Source: Candidatus Eiseniibacteriota bacterium
Lineage (GTDB): Bacteria > Eisenbacteria > RBG-16-71-46
Direction of reading: 5' to 3'
Assembly: GCA_038231135.1 (NCBI GenBank)
Contig: JBBRLX010000031.1
Coordinates: 1-53,224 of the forward strand
DNA length: 53,224 nt
The translations under genes and the position numbers were made by a program. The notes under the pieces are model-generated. The model had not been told where the DNA came from, did not search any database, and saw only the letters and a program-made list of their open reading frames with translations. Shown here piece after piece: positions 19,811 to 29,589 of the stretch. The first letter of the stretch is position 1, and every line of letters begins with the position of its first letter.

Positions 19811-21520
19811 GTGCCGATCGGATCCCTGTCGTTCGTGCTCCACTCCCACCTGCCCTGGGTGCTCCACCACGGCCGCTGGCCGCACGGCGTCGACTGGCTG
19901 AACGAGGCCACCGCCGAGACCTACCTGCCGCTGTGGCGCGTGCTGCACGAGCGCGCGGGGAAAGGCTCGCTCGGCATCACGCTCGATCTGAGCCCGGTGC
20001 TGTGCGAGCAGCTCTCGCACCCCGACTATCCGCGCGAGTTCGTGTCCTACCTCGAGCAGAAGATCGCCGCCGCCCAGGCCGACGCGAGCGCGTTCGAGCA
20101 TGGCGAGGATCCGGCGCTGGCGCCGCTGGCGCACGGCTGGGAGCGGTTCTATCGCTCGACGCTCGAGGAATTCATGGGGCCCTATGGCACCAATCTCGTG
20201 GCGCGGTTTCGGCGGCTCGAGGAGCGCGGCGCGATCGAGATCGTGACGTGCGGCGCCACGCACGGCTACCTGCCGCTGCTGTCGACCGACGCCGCGGTCG
20301 CGGGCCAGATCCGCACCGCGGTCGCGGCGCACCGCCGCCATTTCGGCCGCGCCCCGCGTGGCATCTGGCTGCCGGAGTGCGCCTATCGCCCGGCCGGCCC
20401 GTGGACGTCGCCGGTGCCCGGACCGGCGCCGGCCATGATGCGTGCGGGGCTCGAGGACGTGCTGGAAGCCCACGGGCTCGACTACTTCTTCGTCGACCGG
20501 CATCTGCTGGAGGGCGGCACGCCGCTCGGCGTCTACGCCGACCGGTTCGACGCGCTGCGACACCTGGTGCCGCCGGCCGCGACGGCGGGCTCGGGATCGC
20601 ATCCGCCCTATCGCCCCTACCGGGTCGGCGCGCGCGGCCGCGTCGCGTGCTTCGGACGCGATCCCGTGACCGCCGTGCAGGTGTGGAGCGGCGAGCACGG
20701 TTATCCCGGCGATCCCGTCTATCTCGACTTCCACAAGAAGCGCTTTCCGGGTGGCCATCGCTACTGGGCGGTCACGCATTCGCAGGCCGACCTCGCCGAC
20801 AAGCGTCCCTATGACCCGGACCTGGCGCGCGCGCGCGCGCCGGAACAGGCGCGGCACTTCGTCGGCCTGATCGCCCAGGTGCTGACGGCAGCCGGGCGCC
20901 ACCAGCAGGCGCCGGCGATCGCCTGCCCGATGTACGACACCGAGCTGTTCGGCCACTGGTGGTTCGAAGGCCCCCGATTCCTCGCCGCGGTGCTCGACGC
21001 CGCGGCCGCGGCCGGGATCGAGCTCACGACCACCGGGGCCCATCTCGACCGGCATCCGGCGCGCGATGTCGTGGCGCTGCCCCGTGGCTCATGGGGCGAC
21101 GGCGGCGGCGACGCCGTGTGGCTCAACCCGGGCACCGAGTGGACGTGGCGCCTGCTGGCTGCGGTGGAACACGATCTCGCCGGGCTCGCCCGGCTGGCGC
21201 TCGCGGCGCCCGCCGATCCCTTGCTCGAGCGGCTGATGGCGCAGGCCACGCGCGAGCTCCTGCTGCTCGAGGCGTCCGACTGGCAGTTCCTGATCACCAC
21301 CGGGCCCGCCGGCGACTACGCGACCGAGCGGTTCCACGGCCACGAGTCGGCGTATCGCGAACTCGCGGCACTCGCGGGCCAGCGGCTGACGGGCGGCGCG
21401 CTCAGCGAGTCCGACGAGCAGTCGCTCGCCGCCCTGGAAGCCAAAGACGGGCTGTTCGCGGACGTGGACTGGCGTGCGTATGCGGCGACACCCAGCACGA
21501 CCGTGACGGGCGGCGCGTAA
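19811..21520 (+). CDS. GH57 1,4-alpha-glucan branching enzyme (DUF1957 type)
   Basis: HSHLPWV, ETYLP, ATHGYLPL, GIWLPECAY (nucleophile Glu), YDTELFGHWWFEG (acid/base Asp) and LLEASDWQF motifs. GTG start with GGAGG RBS. Confidence 0.93.
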   Translation: MPIGSLSFVLHSHLPWVLHHGRWPHGVDWLNEATAETYLPLWRVLHERAGKGSLGITLDLSPVLCEQLSHPDYPREFVSYLEQKIAAAQADASAFEHGEDPALAPLAHGWERFYRSTLEEFMGPYGTNLVARFRRLEERGAIEIVTCGATHGYLPLLSTDAAVAGQIRTAVAAHRRHFGRAPRGIWLPECAYRPAGPWTSPVPGPAPAMMRAGLEDVLEAHGLDYFFVDRHLLEGGTPLGVYADRFDALRHLVPPAATAGSGSHPPYRPYRVGARGRVACFGRDPVTAVQVWSGEHGYPGDPVYLDFHKKRFPGGHRYWAVTHSQADLADKRPYDPDLARARAPEQARHFVGLIAQVLTAAGRHQQAPAIACPMYDTELFGHWWFEGPRFLAAVLDAAAAAGIELTTTGAHLDRHPARDVVALPRGSWGDGGGDAVWLNPGTEWTWRLLAAVEHDLAGLARLALAAPADPLLERLMAQATRELLLLEASDWQFLITTGPAGDYATERFHGHESAYRELAALAGQRLTGGALSESDEQSLAALEAKDGLFADVDWRAYAATPSTTVTGGA

Positions 21521-21544
21521 CGCGACGGGCCCGGGCGCGCGGGG

Positions 21545-22015
21545 CTAGGGCTCGCCCGCGTCCGAGCGCGTCATGGCCGATCGGAGCGCGTCGGGCACGC
21601 GCGGCGCCCGGGTGAGCATCTCTGCCAGATGCGGGGTGGGGCGCGCCGGGCGGCCGCCGCGGTCGAGGAAGCAGTGGTGCGTGAAGCCGAACGCGAGCGT
21701 CGCCGCCTCGCGCACGACGCGATAGCCGAATCGCACCGACGCGCGGCTCAGCGCCAGCACCCCGGTCTCGATCGACACCAGGTCGTCGTAGCGCGCCGCG
21801 TCCCGGTAGCGGCACCACGCCTCGAGCACCGGCAGCGACACGCCGGACTCCTCCACCTCGCGATAGCTGGTGCCAAGCGACCGCAGCATCTCGGCGCGGC
21901 CGATCTCGAACCACCTGAGATAATTCGCGTAGTAGGCGAACCCCATTTGATCGGTGTCGCCGTAGCGGACCCGCAGTTCGAATCGATGCACCGGGTCTCC
22001 TTCAGTGAGTTCCAT
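21545..22015 (-). CDS. YbgC/FadM-family acyl-CoA thioesterase
   Basis: RVRYGDTDQMGFAYYANYLRWFEIGR motif. Confidence 0.92.
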   Translation of the reverse strand: MELTEGDPVHRFELRVRYGDTDQMGFAYYANYLRWFEIGRAEMLRSLGTSYREVEESGVSLPVLEAWCRYRDAARYDDLVSIETGVLALSRASVRFGYRVVREAATLAFGFTHHCFLDRGGRPARPTPHLAEMLTRAPRVPDALRSAMTRSDAGEP

Positions 22016-22964
22016 GGCCCGCGCGCGCCGCCGCGGCCACGCTGCCGGCCACCGCTGCCCCGGGTCCGGCATCCGGGCTCACGCGGGCGCCCCCCGCGGG
22101 CGGCCGCGTCTTCCAGCGACGGTGAAGCCAGAACCACAGTTCGGGCTGCTCGCGCACGCGGCGTTCGAGCGCCGCGACGTGGAGCGCGGTGAGGCGCTCC
22201 GCGGCGTCGGGCGCCGCTGGATCGAGGACGACGAGCGGCGGATCGACGTCGATCTCGTGGCGGCCATCGGGACGGCGCAGATCGAACCCCATCACGATCG
22301 GGGCACCGGTGGCGAGCGCGATGCGCGCGGGTCCGATCGCGGTGCTCGCCGGGCGGCCGAGGAACGGCACGAACACCCCGGCCCGCCGCGCGTCCTGATC
22401 GCCGAGCATCGCGACCCAGCGGTTGGCGCGCAACGCCTGGTACACGCGCCTGAGCCCCGCTCCCGCCGGGATCGTCTCCACTCCCGCCCGGCCGCGCTGC
22501 CGCGTGATCCAGGCGTCGACGCGCGGATTCGACAGCGGCTTCACGACGAACGCCACCGGGTGCCGGCGACCGAGCCAGGCGCCGAGCAGCTCGATGTTGC
22601 CGAAGTGCCCGCTGAGCAGGATCGCGCCGCGGCCGTCCGCCCGCGCGCGTTCGAGATGCTCGAGGCCGCGCGCGTCCGCGAGCACGTCGCCCGCCGCGGC
22701 CAGGACCAGCTCGGGCAGCCGCGTGTACTCGGCGACGATGCGGCCGAGCTCGCGATAGTGGGCGGCGAGGATGGCGTCGCGCGCGGCGGGTGCGAGCGCC
22801 GGGAACGCGTGCCGCAGGTTGTCGCGCGCCACACGGGCCCTGAGCCCCAGCCGCCGCGTGATGTCGCCGAGCACGGCGCCGGCGGCGAGTGCCGCGCGCC
22901 GCGGCAGCGCGCCGAGCACGGCGCTCGAGCCCTCGACGAGCGCGGCCTCGAGCGCGTGTTTCAC
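22002..22964 (-). CDS. Lipid A lauroyl/lysophospholipid acyltransferase (LpxL/HtrB family)
   Basis: GHFGNIE, LGDQDA, VPFLG and PELWFWLHRRWK motifs. GTG start overlaps the dprA stop. Confidence 0.9.
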   Translation of the reverse strand: MKHALEAALVEGSSAVLGALPRRAALAAGAVLGDITRRLGLRARVARDNLRHAFPALAPAARDAILAAHYRELGRIVAEYTRLPELVLAAAGDVLADARGLEHLERARADGRGAILLSGHFGNIELLGAWLGRRHPVAFVVKPLSNPRVDAWITRQRGRAGVETIPAGAGLRRVYQALRANRWVAMLGDQDARRAGVFVPFLGRPASTAIGPARIALATGAPIVMGFDLRRPDGRHEIDVDPPLVVLDPAAPDAAERLTALHVAALERRVREQPELWFWLHRRWKTRPPAGGARVSPDAGPGAAVAGSVAAAARAGHGTH

Positions 22965-23950
22965 GCCGCGCGCCAGCGCGGCCCGGGTTCCGCCACCGCC
23001 AGCCCCGACCACTCGAGCGGCACCAGGGCCGCGAGCGTCTGATCCACGGCGAGCCCGCTCCGGGCCGCGAGCACGTCGAGCGTCGCGGGCACCGCCGAGA
23101 GCACCGCCAGCAGCCGTGCCTCGGGCGTCGTGGGTGTGGCGAACGCGCCGGGCATCGCGGCGGCGGCGCCGGTCGCGGCGGCGGAGGGCGGCCGCGCGCC
23201 GCGGCGGCCGGCGGGCGCCACCGCCGCGCGTCCCGTCATCGCCGCCAGGACGTCGCGCGCGTCCTCGCACACGAGCGCCCCCTGGCGCAGCAGCCGATGA
23301 CATCCGCGCGAGGTCGCGCGACTCACGTCGCCGGGCACCGCGAGCACCGGGCGGCCCAGCCGTCGGGCCCAGCCGGCGGTGCCGAGCGCCCCGCTCTCGA
23401 CCGCCGCCTCGACCACGACCGTCACCACGGCGAGGGCGGCGATCAGCCGGTTGCGCTCGAGGAACTCCCCGCGATGGCGCGGTCCGCCCGTCGCCAGCTC
23501 GGTGACGAGCGCGCCGTGCGCGGCGATGCGCCGCGCGAGCGCCGTGTGGGTGGCGGGCGTGATCGTGTCGAGCCCCGACGGCAGCACCGCCACCGTGTCG
23601 CCGCCGGCGTCGAGCGCACCCGTGTGCGCGGCGGCGTCGATGCCCCGGGCCAGGCCGCTCACCACCGGCACGCCGAGCCGGCCGAGATCGGCGGCGAGCC
23701 GCTGCGCGATCGCGAGCCCGTACGCGGTCGCCGCGCGCGATCCCACGATCGCGACCATCGGCACCCGGGGCAGCGCGCCGGCTACGAACAGCGTGCCGGG
23801 CGGGTTGGCCAGGTCGCGCAGCCCCGCGGGATAGGCCGCGTGCCCGGCATCCCACGCCGCCGTCGCGGCCGGCGGCCGGCTCCGGTCCGCGGCCGGCGCC
23901 GCGTCGGGCTCTGCCCCGGCATTGCGGCTTGGGTCAGCTCCGGCCGTCAC
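22961..23950 (-). CDS. dprA: DNA-processing protein DprA
   Basis: VAIVGSR, VSGLARGIDAAAH, FLERNRLIA and VVVEAAVESGAL motifs, plus a C-terminal winged helix. Start approximate. Confidence 0.92.
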   Translation of the reverse strand: MTAGADPSRNAGAEPDAAPAADRSRPPAATAAWDAGHAAYPAGLRDLANPPGTLFVAGALPRVPMVAIVGSRAATAYGLAIAQRLAADLGRLGVPVVSGLARGIDAAAHTGALDAGGDTVAVLPSGLDTITPATHTALARRIAAHGALVTELATGGPRHRGEFLERNRLIAALAVVTVVVEAAVESGALGTAGWARRLGRPVLAVPGDVSRATSRGCHRLLRQGALVCEDARDVLAAMTGRAAVAPAGRRGARPPSAAATGAAAAMPGAFATPTTPEARLLAVLSAVPATLDVLAARSGLAVDQTLAALVPLEWSGLAVAEPGPRWRAA

Positions 23951-24593
23951 CGTCCTCCTCGCGCGCGGAAGCGATGGACGGGGGACCGGTGAGCACCTCC
24001 CATTCGACACCCTCCTCGGTCGCACGCACGGCACTGCTGTCGTCGGACAGCGCGTCGATGTCCGAGGCGGTCATCAGCTCCTCGCTGCGCGTCAGCCGGT
24101 CGATGCGGTCGGCCAGCGGCCGGTCGCGCGCCGCGAGCTCGTCGAGCCGCGCGCGGCGGGCGTCGGGCGGCAGCCGGTGGATCGCGTGCGCGATACGCAC
24201 CGCGCCGTGCTGATGGCCGATCACGACCAGCGCGTCGCGCGCGGCTTCGGCCACGGTGCGATTCGCGTCGTCGGTGAGGCGCAACAGCCCGGGCACCGCC
24301 GGCCGAAAGCCCATGCGGCCGAGCACGCGGGCGGCGCTCACCCGCGTGAACCACAGGCCGTCCTCGAGCAGCGGCAGCAGTGCCGCGGCGCCGCGGTCGC
24401 CGAGCTTGGGGAACGACTGTTCCGCCAGGTCCCTCAGGAACCACGATTCGTCGCACAGGCATTCAACCATCAGCGACACCGCTTCGGCGTCGCCGCGCCC
24501 CGCGAGATCGTTCACGTACTCGCGCTTCGAGTTGAGCGCCCGCGCGTTGAGCACATCGACCGCCTTCGACTGACCGTACTTGTCATCCGTCAT
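23934..24593 (-). CDS. HEAT-repeat protein
   Basis: Repeated L-x-D-x-x-W-F-x-R...A-A-x-x-L-G helical units. Confidence 0.75.
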   Translation of the reverse strand: MTDDKYGQSKAVDVLNARALNSKREYVNDLAGRGDAEAVSLMVECLCDESWFLRDLAEQSFPKLGDRGAAALLPLLEDGLWFTRVSAARVLGRMGFRPAVPGLLRLTDDANRTVAEAARDALVVIGHQHGAVRIAHAIHRLPPDARRARLDELAARDRPLADRIDRLTRSEELMTASDIDALSDDSSAVRATEEGVEWEVLTGPPSIASAREEDGDGRS

Positions 24594-25584
24594 GTTCGCT
24601 CTCCGCCGGAACGGGCGCCATGCGCGCCCACAGGATCTCCTTCAACTCGTCGATGCCGGCCCCGGTGTGCGCGCTGATCACGAGCGCGCCGGGGATGCCG
24701 CTCGTCCGCGCCGCGTCCGCCCGCTCCTCGGGAGGCAGCAGGTCCGCCTTGGTCAGCGCGATCACGCGCGGCTTGTCCGCCAGTCCGGCATCGTGCAGTG
24801 CGAGCTCGCGCTCGACCACCGCCAGATCCGCGGCCGGTGACTCCGAGGATACGTCGGCCAGGAACAGCAGCACGCTGCAGCGTTCGACATGCCGCAGGAA
24901 TTGCAGTCCGAGCCCGCGGCCGGCGTGCGCGTCCTCGATCAGGCCCGGCACGTCGCAGGCGACGAACTGCCGCTCGGCGTCGAGCACCACGATGCCCAGA
25001 TTCGGCTCGAGCGTCGTGAACGGATACGAATCGATCTTCGGCCGCGCGCGCGACACCCGCGCGAGCAGCGTGGACTTGCCGGCGTTCGGCAACCCGACGA
25101 ACCCGACATCGGCGATCAGCTTGAGCTCGAGCGCGAGGGCGCGCTCCTCACCCGGCACGCCGTCGTCGGCGCGGCGCGGCGCCTGGTTCGTGGAGGTCGC
25201 GAACCGCGCGTTGCCGCGGCCGCCGCGGCCGCCCGTGGCGGCGAGATAGCGGTCACCCGGCGCCACGAGATCGGCGAGGACCGCGCCGTGCTCGTCGTAC
25301 ACCACCGTGCCCGGCGGCACGCGCAACACGAGATCCGCGCCGTTCTTGCCCGTGCGATTGTTGCCCGAGCCCGCGTCACCGCTGTTCGCACGGTAGCGCG
25401 GCCGTTCGCGGAAATCCAGCAGCGTGCGGATGCGCGCATCGACCTCGAGGATCACCGAGCCGCCGGTGCCGCCGTCGCCACCGTCGGGTCCGCCCTTGGG
25501 CACGTACTTCTCGCGCCGGAAGCTGATGCAGCCCCGGCCGCCGTTGCCGGCGATCGCCTTCACCTTCGCGTGATCGATCAGCAT
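24583..25584 (-). CDS. obgE: GTPase ObgE/CgtA
   Basis: FRREKYVPKGGPDGGDGG, GLPNAGKST, YPFTTLEPNLG, DVPGLI and TKAD motifs. Confidence 0.98.
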   Translation of the reverse strand: MLIDHAKVKAIAGNGGRGCISFRREKYVPKGGPDGGDGGTGGSVILEVDARIRTLLDFRERPRYRANSGDAGSGNNRTGKNGADLVLRVPPGTVVYDEHGAVLADLVAPGDRYLAATGGRGGRGNARFATSTNQAPRRADDGVPGEERALALELKLIADVGFVGLPNAGKSTLLARVSRARPKIDSYPFTTLEPNLGIVVLDAERQFVACDVPGLIEDAHAGRGLGLQFLRHVERCSVLLFLADVSSESPAADLAVVERELALHDAGLADKPRVIALTKADLLPPEERADAARTSGIPGALVISAHTGAGIDELKEILWARMAPVPAESEHDG

Positions 25585-25600
25585 CCGGGCCGCCGCGCCG

Positions 25601-27457
25601 TCATGCTGCGCGCCGTTCGCGGCTCATGAGGCCGCCCGCGCGCACCCGCGCGAGCTCGTAACCGTCGAGCTCGTGCGCCAGCAGCGACTGGTCGCCGCGC
25701 GTCAGGTCGCGCACCGTCACCGGGCGTCCGGGCTCGAGATCGTCGAGCCCGGACGGCAGCTCGAGCTCGTCGCCGGCGCGGAACCCGCCCGACTCGCGCA
25801 GCGGCCGTACCAGCGGCAGCACGCCGCTGTGGACCAGCGCCTGGGCGGCGCCCGGCGCATAGCTGGTCGCGATCACCACGGTGATGCCGAGCCGGGCCAG
25901 GAGCCAGGCCGCGAGATCGGCGCGCGCCCCGCCCAGAAATCCGCGCCCGGCCAACAGCCAGCCGCCGCCCGCCGCGCGGGCGTGGGCGGCGAATCCCGGC
26001 GCGAGCGGCCGGAACACCAGCGCCGTCAGCGCATCGGGGGCCGCGGCCGCGGCGCGCGGGCCCCACGGCACCACCTGGTCCGCGCGCACGTCGTCGCCGG
26101 CTTCGAGCAGCACGACGCCGCGGCGCGTGAACGGGGCCCGCGTCACCGGCGGCGCCGGCGCGGCCGCGGCCTCGGGCGCCAGCAGGCTGAGCGGATCCGC
26201 CGCATACGTGACGGGCTCGGGAGCGGGCTCGGTGGCGGCGTCGGCGCTTGCGAGCGCGCGCGGGTCGGTGACCACGCCGGTGAGCGCCGCCGCGGCACAG
26301 CTCTCGAGGCTCGCCCGCCAGTCGCAGCGTTCGTCGTCGACCGCGAACGCCAGTGTGACGCCCTCCGCGCGCAACCCGCCCGCGGGCTCGTGGCCGTCGG
26401 CGGCGAACCGCACGCCGGCGGCGGCGAGGTCCTGCCACACGCCGGTCGCGTGCGCGGTCTCCACGATGCGCCGGCTGCCGGCGACCACGACGCACGTCAC
26501 CGCGGGGTCGAGCGTGCGGCCCCGCAGCGCCGCCGCCAGCACGGCCCAGTCGCCATAGGTCGCACCCGCGCCGATCACCACGCGGCGCACCGCGCTGCCC
26601 GCGGCATGCCGCACCGCGCGCACCGCATCCGGCTCGCCGAACCGCACGAGCCACGGCTCCACCGTCTCGAGCTCGAGCGTGAACTCGTCCGCGTCCGGGG
26701 CTGCGTCCACGCCCCAGCGCTTCCAGTCGGCGTCGCGACCCTGCGCGCGCAGGTAGGCATGCGTGAGGTCGTCGGACCCGAACAGCACCGCCGCCGCGCG
26801 CAGCGTCGGCGCCGCGGCGGCCACGGCGAACCGGTCGCGCATCGCGAGCCGCGACGCCCCCGAGATCTCGATCACGCTCCCCGGCGCGTAGCGCGCGCGG
26901 CGGCCGATCTCGATCGCGATGTCGTGCCCGCTGACGCCGAGCCCGGGCGCGCCGGCCAGTCGCACCGCCGCCACCGGAGGTTCGTGCAGCGCGTGCGGCA
27001 CGCCGGCCAGCGCGGCCGCCGCCTCGAGCCGGTCCACCGGCAGCGCCAGCGTGCCGAGGGCGCCCGCCATCGCGAGTCCGGGCGCGCACCCCAGCGCCAC
27101 CCGCCCCGGCGCCGCGAAGCGCTCGGCATAGACGTGCGCGGCCCGGCCGCTGCCGGCGCGCGCCACGTGCAAACCCGACTCGCGGGCCGCGCGCGCCAGC
27201 GCGGCCGCGCGCGGCTCCTCGGCGCCGCCGCGAACGCCGCGCGCATCGAGCGCCAGCAGCGCCAGCGGTACCTGGCTGCCGCCGGCCACCGGGTCGCGGA
27301 ACGCCCACAGCGCGAACGCGCCGTCGCGCTCACCGAGCACGACGTGATCGGGTCTGACCCGGCAGAGCGGCGCCGCGGCGTCGCGCGTCGAGTCGCGATG
27401 GGTGTCGAGCAGCGCGGCCAGCAGCGTGCCCGCGCGTGCGGGCGCCGAACCCGTCAT
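25601..27457 (-). CDS. Aconitase-family protein, predicted catalytically inactive
   Basis: Colinear with single-chain approximately 640-aa aconitases (ERFAAPG, YLRAQGRDADW, GSRRI, AAAALTGVVTDPR, GVLPL, AGGL), but the active-site motifs are replaced (see findings). Confidence 0.8.
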   Translation of the reverse strand: MTGSAPARAGTLLAALLDTHRDSTRDAAAPLCRVRPDHVVLGERDGAFALWAFRDPVAGGSQVPLALLALDARGVRGGAEEPRAAALARAARESGLHVARAGSGRAAHVYAERFAAPGRVALGCAPGLAMAGALGTLALPVDRLEAAAALAGVPHALHEPPVAAVRLAGAPGLGVSGHDIAIEIGRRARYAPGSVIEISGASRLAMRDRFAVAAAAPTLRAAAVLFGSDDLTHAYLRAQGRDADWKRWGVDAAPDADEFTLELETVEPWLVRFGEPDAVRAVRHAAGSAVRRVVIGAGATYGDWAVLAAALRGRTLDPAVTCVVVAGSRRIVETAHATGVWQDLAAAGVRFAADGHEPAGGLRAEGVTLAFAVDDERCDWRASLESCAAAALTGVVTDPRALASADAATEPAPEPVTYAADPLSLLAPEAAAAPAPPVTRAPFTRRGVVLLEAGDDVRADQVVPWGPRAAAAAPDALTALVFRPLAPGFAAHARAAGGGWLLAGRGFLGGARADLAAWLLARLGITVVIATSYAPGAAQALVHSGVLPLVRPLRESGGFRAGDELELPSGLDDLEPGRPVTVRDLTRGDQSLLAHELDGYELARVRAGGLMSRERRAA

Positions 27458-27458
27458 G

Positions 27459-27941
27459 TCACGCACCCCCCGACCGGCGTCCGCGTTTGCCGCTCGCGGA
27501 TGACGGCCGCGCAGAGGCCTTGGACGCCGACTTCGAGGCGCCGCGGCCCGGGCGCCCGGACGCTGCCCCGGCGGCGGACGCACCGCCTGAACTCCCGGCA
27601 TCGGCCTTGGTGCCGGACGAAGTTCCGGCGCTGTCCTTCGCGGCGGGCGCGGCAGCGGCGCCGTCGGAGCCGCCCTTCGCCGACTTGGTGTCGCCCGCGC
27701 TGTCCGCTCCGCCCTTCGACTCGACGGCCCGCTCCTGCTTGGCCTGCTCCTTATATGACTTGCTGCGGTAGTCGGTGATGTAGAACCCTGAGCCCTTGAA
27801 CAGGAGCCCGGCGCCCGCGGACGGCACGCGGTGCGCCTTGCTCCGGCACTTCGGGCAGCGCTTCATCGCGTCGTCCGACATGCTGTGAAACAGCTCGAAG
27901 CGATGGCCGCACTTGCGGCATTCGTAGTCATAGGTCGGCAT
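27459..27941 (-). CDS. FmdB-family zinc-ribbon protein with a long low-complexity tail
   Basis: MPTYDYECRKCGHRFE...CPKC...FKGSGFYITDY, followed by an A/G/S/K-rich tail. Confidence 0.9.
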   Translation of the reverse strand: MPTYDYECRKCGHRFELFHSMSDDAMKRCPKCRSKAHRVPSAGAGLLFKGSGFYITDYRSKSYKEQAKQERAVESKGGADSAGDTKSAKGGSDGAAAAPAAKDSAGTSSGTKADAGSSGGASAAGAASGRPGRGASKSASKASARPSSASGKRGRRSGGA

Positions 27942-28010
27942 GCGTGCTCCTGACGAATGCATCCACGGGCGGCTGCGGCCGGCAGCCCGCGACGGAAATT
28001 CCGGTGCGAC

Positions 28011-29021
28011 TCATGGCTCGTGCCGCGGCGCCGCGGCGGCGAGCGCGCACGAGATGGTGGCGACGCCGACGATGTCGTCGGCGCTGCAGCCGCGCGACAG
28101 GTCGTTCGCCGGACGCGCGAGTCCCATGAGAATCGGTCCGAACGCCTCGGCGCCCCCCAGGCGCTGCACCAGCTTATACCCGATGTTGCCGGCGTCGAGG
28201 TCAGGGAAGATCACCACGTTCGCGTGTCCCGCCACGACGCTGCCGGGCGCCTTACGCGATCCCACGTCCGGATCGAGCGCCGCATCGGCCTGCAGCTCGC
28301 CGTCGAGATGCAGATCGGGCCGCGCCGCGCGCGCCAGCGCGACCGCCTCGCGCACCTTGGTCACGTGCGGATGGTCGGCGCTGCCGCGGGTCGAGAACGA
28401 CAGGAACGCCACGTGCGGGATCTCGCGCAGCAGACGCGCGTAGTGGTCGGCGGCGAGGATGCCGATCTCGGCGAGCTGCGCCGGCGTGGGATCCGGCACC
28501 ACCGCGCAGTCGGCGAACATCACCACCCGCTCGGGGTGGGGCGCCCTGCCCATCACCATGATGAAGAACGAGCTGAGCGTCTTGACACCCGGGGCCAGTC
28601 CCACGAGCCACAACGACGCGCGCAGCACGTCGGCGGTGGTGCGCGTGGCGCCGGCGACGAAGTTGTCGGCGAGCCCGGTCCCCACCCGCGCCGCGGCCTG
28701 GAACAGCGGGTCCCGCGCGTAGCGGTCGCGATCCGCGGCCGGCAGCTTGTCGCCGCGGCGCTCGGCCAGCAGGCGCGACGTGCGCTCGATCTCCTCGGGC
28801 GCCTCGGAATCGATCACCGGAATCCCGCCCAGCGCCACGCCCGCGGCGCGCGCGCTGTGACGCGCGCCGGCGGCGGGGCCGACCAGCGCCACGTCCGCGA
28901 TGCGCTCGCGCATCAGCCGCTCGGCGGCACGCAGCACGCGCGGGTCGCCGGTCTCGGGCAGCAGCAGCCGCTGCACACGCACGGTCGCGGCGCGGCGGAT
29001 GCGGTCGAGCACGGCACTCAT
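28011..29021 (-). CDS. pta: Phosphate acetyltransferase (short form)
   Basis: LPETGDPRV, FADCAV, LSFSTRGS, DGELQADAA and FPDLDAGNIGYKL motifs. Confidence 0.95.
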   Translation of the reverse strand: MSAVLDRIRRAATVRVQRLLLPETGDPRVLRAAERLMRERIADVALVGPAAGARHSARAAGVALGGIPVIDSEAPEEIERTSRLLAERRGDKLPAADRDRYARDPLFQAAARVGTGLADNFVAGATRTTADVLRASLWLVGLAPGVKTLSSFFIMVMGRAPHPERVVMFADCAVVPDPTPAQLAEIGILAADHYARLLREIPHVAFLSFSTRGSADHPHVTKVREAVALARAARPDLHLDGELQADAALDPDVGSRKAPGSVVAGHANVVIFPDLDAGNIGYKLVQRLGGAEAFGPILMGLARPANDLSRGCSADDIVGVATISCALAAAAPRHEP

Positions 29022-29578
29022 GCGCGCTTCCGGGCACGCTTCGCGGGGGTGCGGCCGCGTGTGCCGGAGTGCACGGTGGCGCCCGGCTTGCGGGCTCCGA
29101 ACCGCGCCTTGAGCGCGTCCTCGGTGATGCGCGGCACCAGTCCGCGCACCGAGCCGCCGAGTCGCGCCACCTCCTTGACCAGCGTGGAGTTGAGATACGT
29201 GTACTGCTGGCTCGGCATCAGGTACGCCACCTCGAGCCCGGGCGACAGCTTGCGATTCATCAGCGCCATCTGGAACTCGAACTCGAAGTCACTCACCGCG
29301 CGCAGGCCGCGGATCATCACGGCGGCGCCGACCTCCTTCGCGCAGTCGACCACCAGCCCGGAGAAATCCACGACCTCCACCGTGCGCAGCGATTTCGTCA
29401 CGGTGCGGATCATGTCCACACGCTCCTCGTGCGTGAACATCGCGCCCTTGCCGGGATTGTGCGCGACCGCCACGATCACCCGGTCGAACATGCGGACGGC
29501 GCGGCAGGTGAGATCCAGATGCCCGTTCGTGAACGGGTCGAAGGTCCCCGGGAACAGCGCGGTGCGGTCGTTGCTCAT
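29018..29578 (-). CDS. coaD: Pantetheine-phosphate adenylyltransferase
   Basis: FPGTFDPFTNGH and IRGLRAVSDFEFE motifs. Confidence 0.98.
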   Translation of the reverse strand: MSNDRTALFPGTFDPFTNGHLDLTCRAVRMFDRVIVAVAHNPGKGAMFTHEERVDMIRTVTKSLRTVEVVDFSGLVVDCAKEVGAAVMIRGLRAVSDFEFEFQMALMNRKLSPGLEVAYLMPSQQYTYLNSTLVKEVARLGGSVRGLVPRITEDALKARFGARKPGATVHSGTRGRTPAKRARKRA

Positions 29579-29589
29579 CGCCGATCTCC

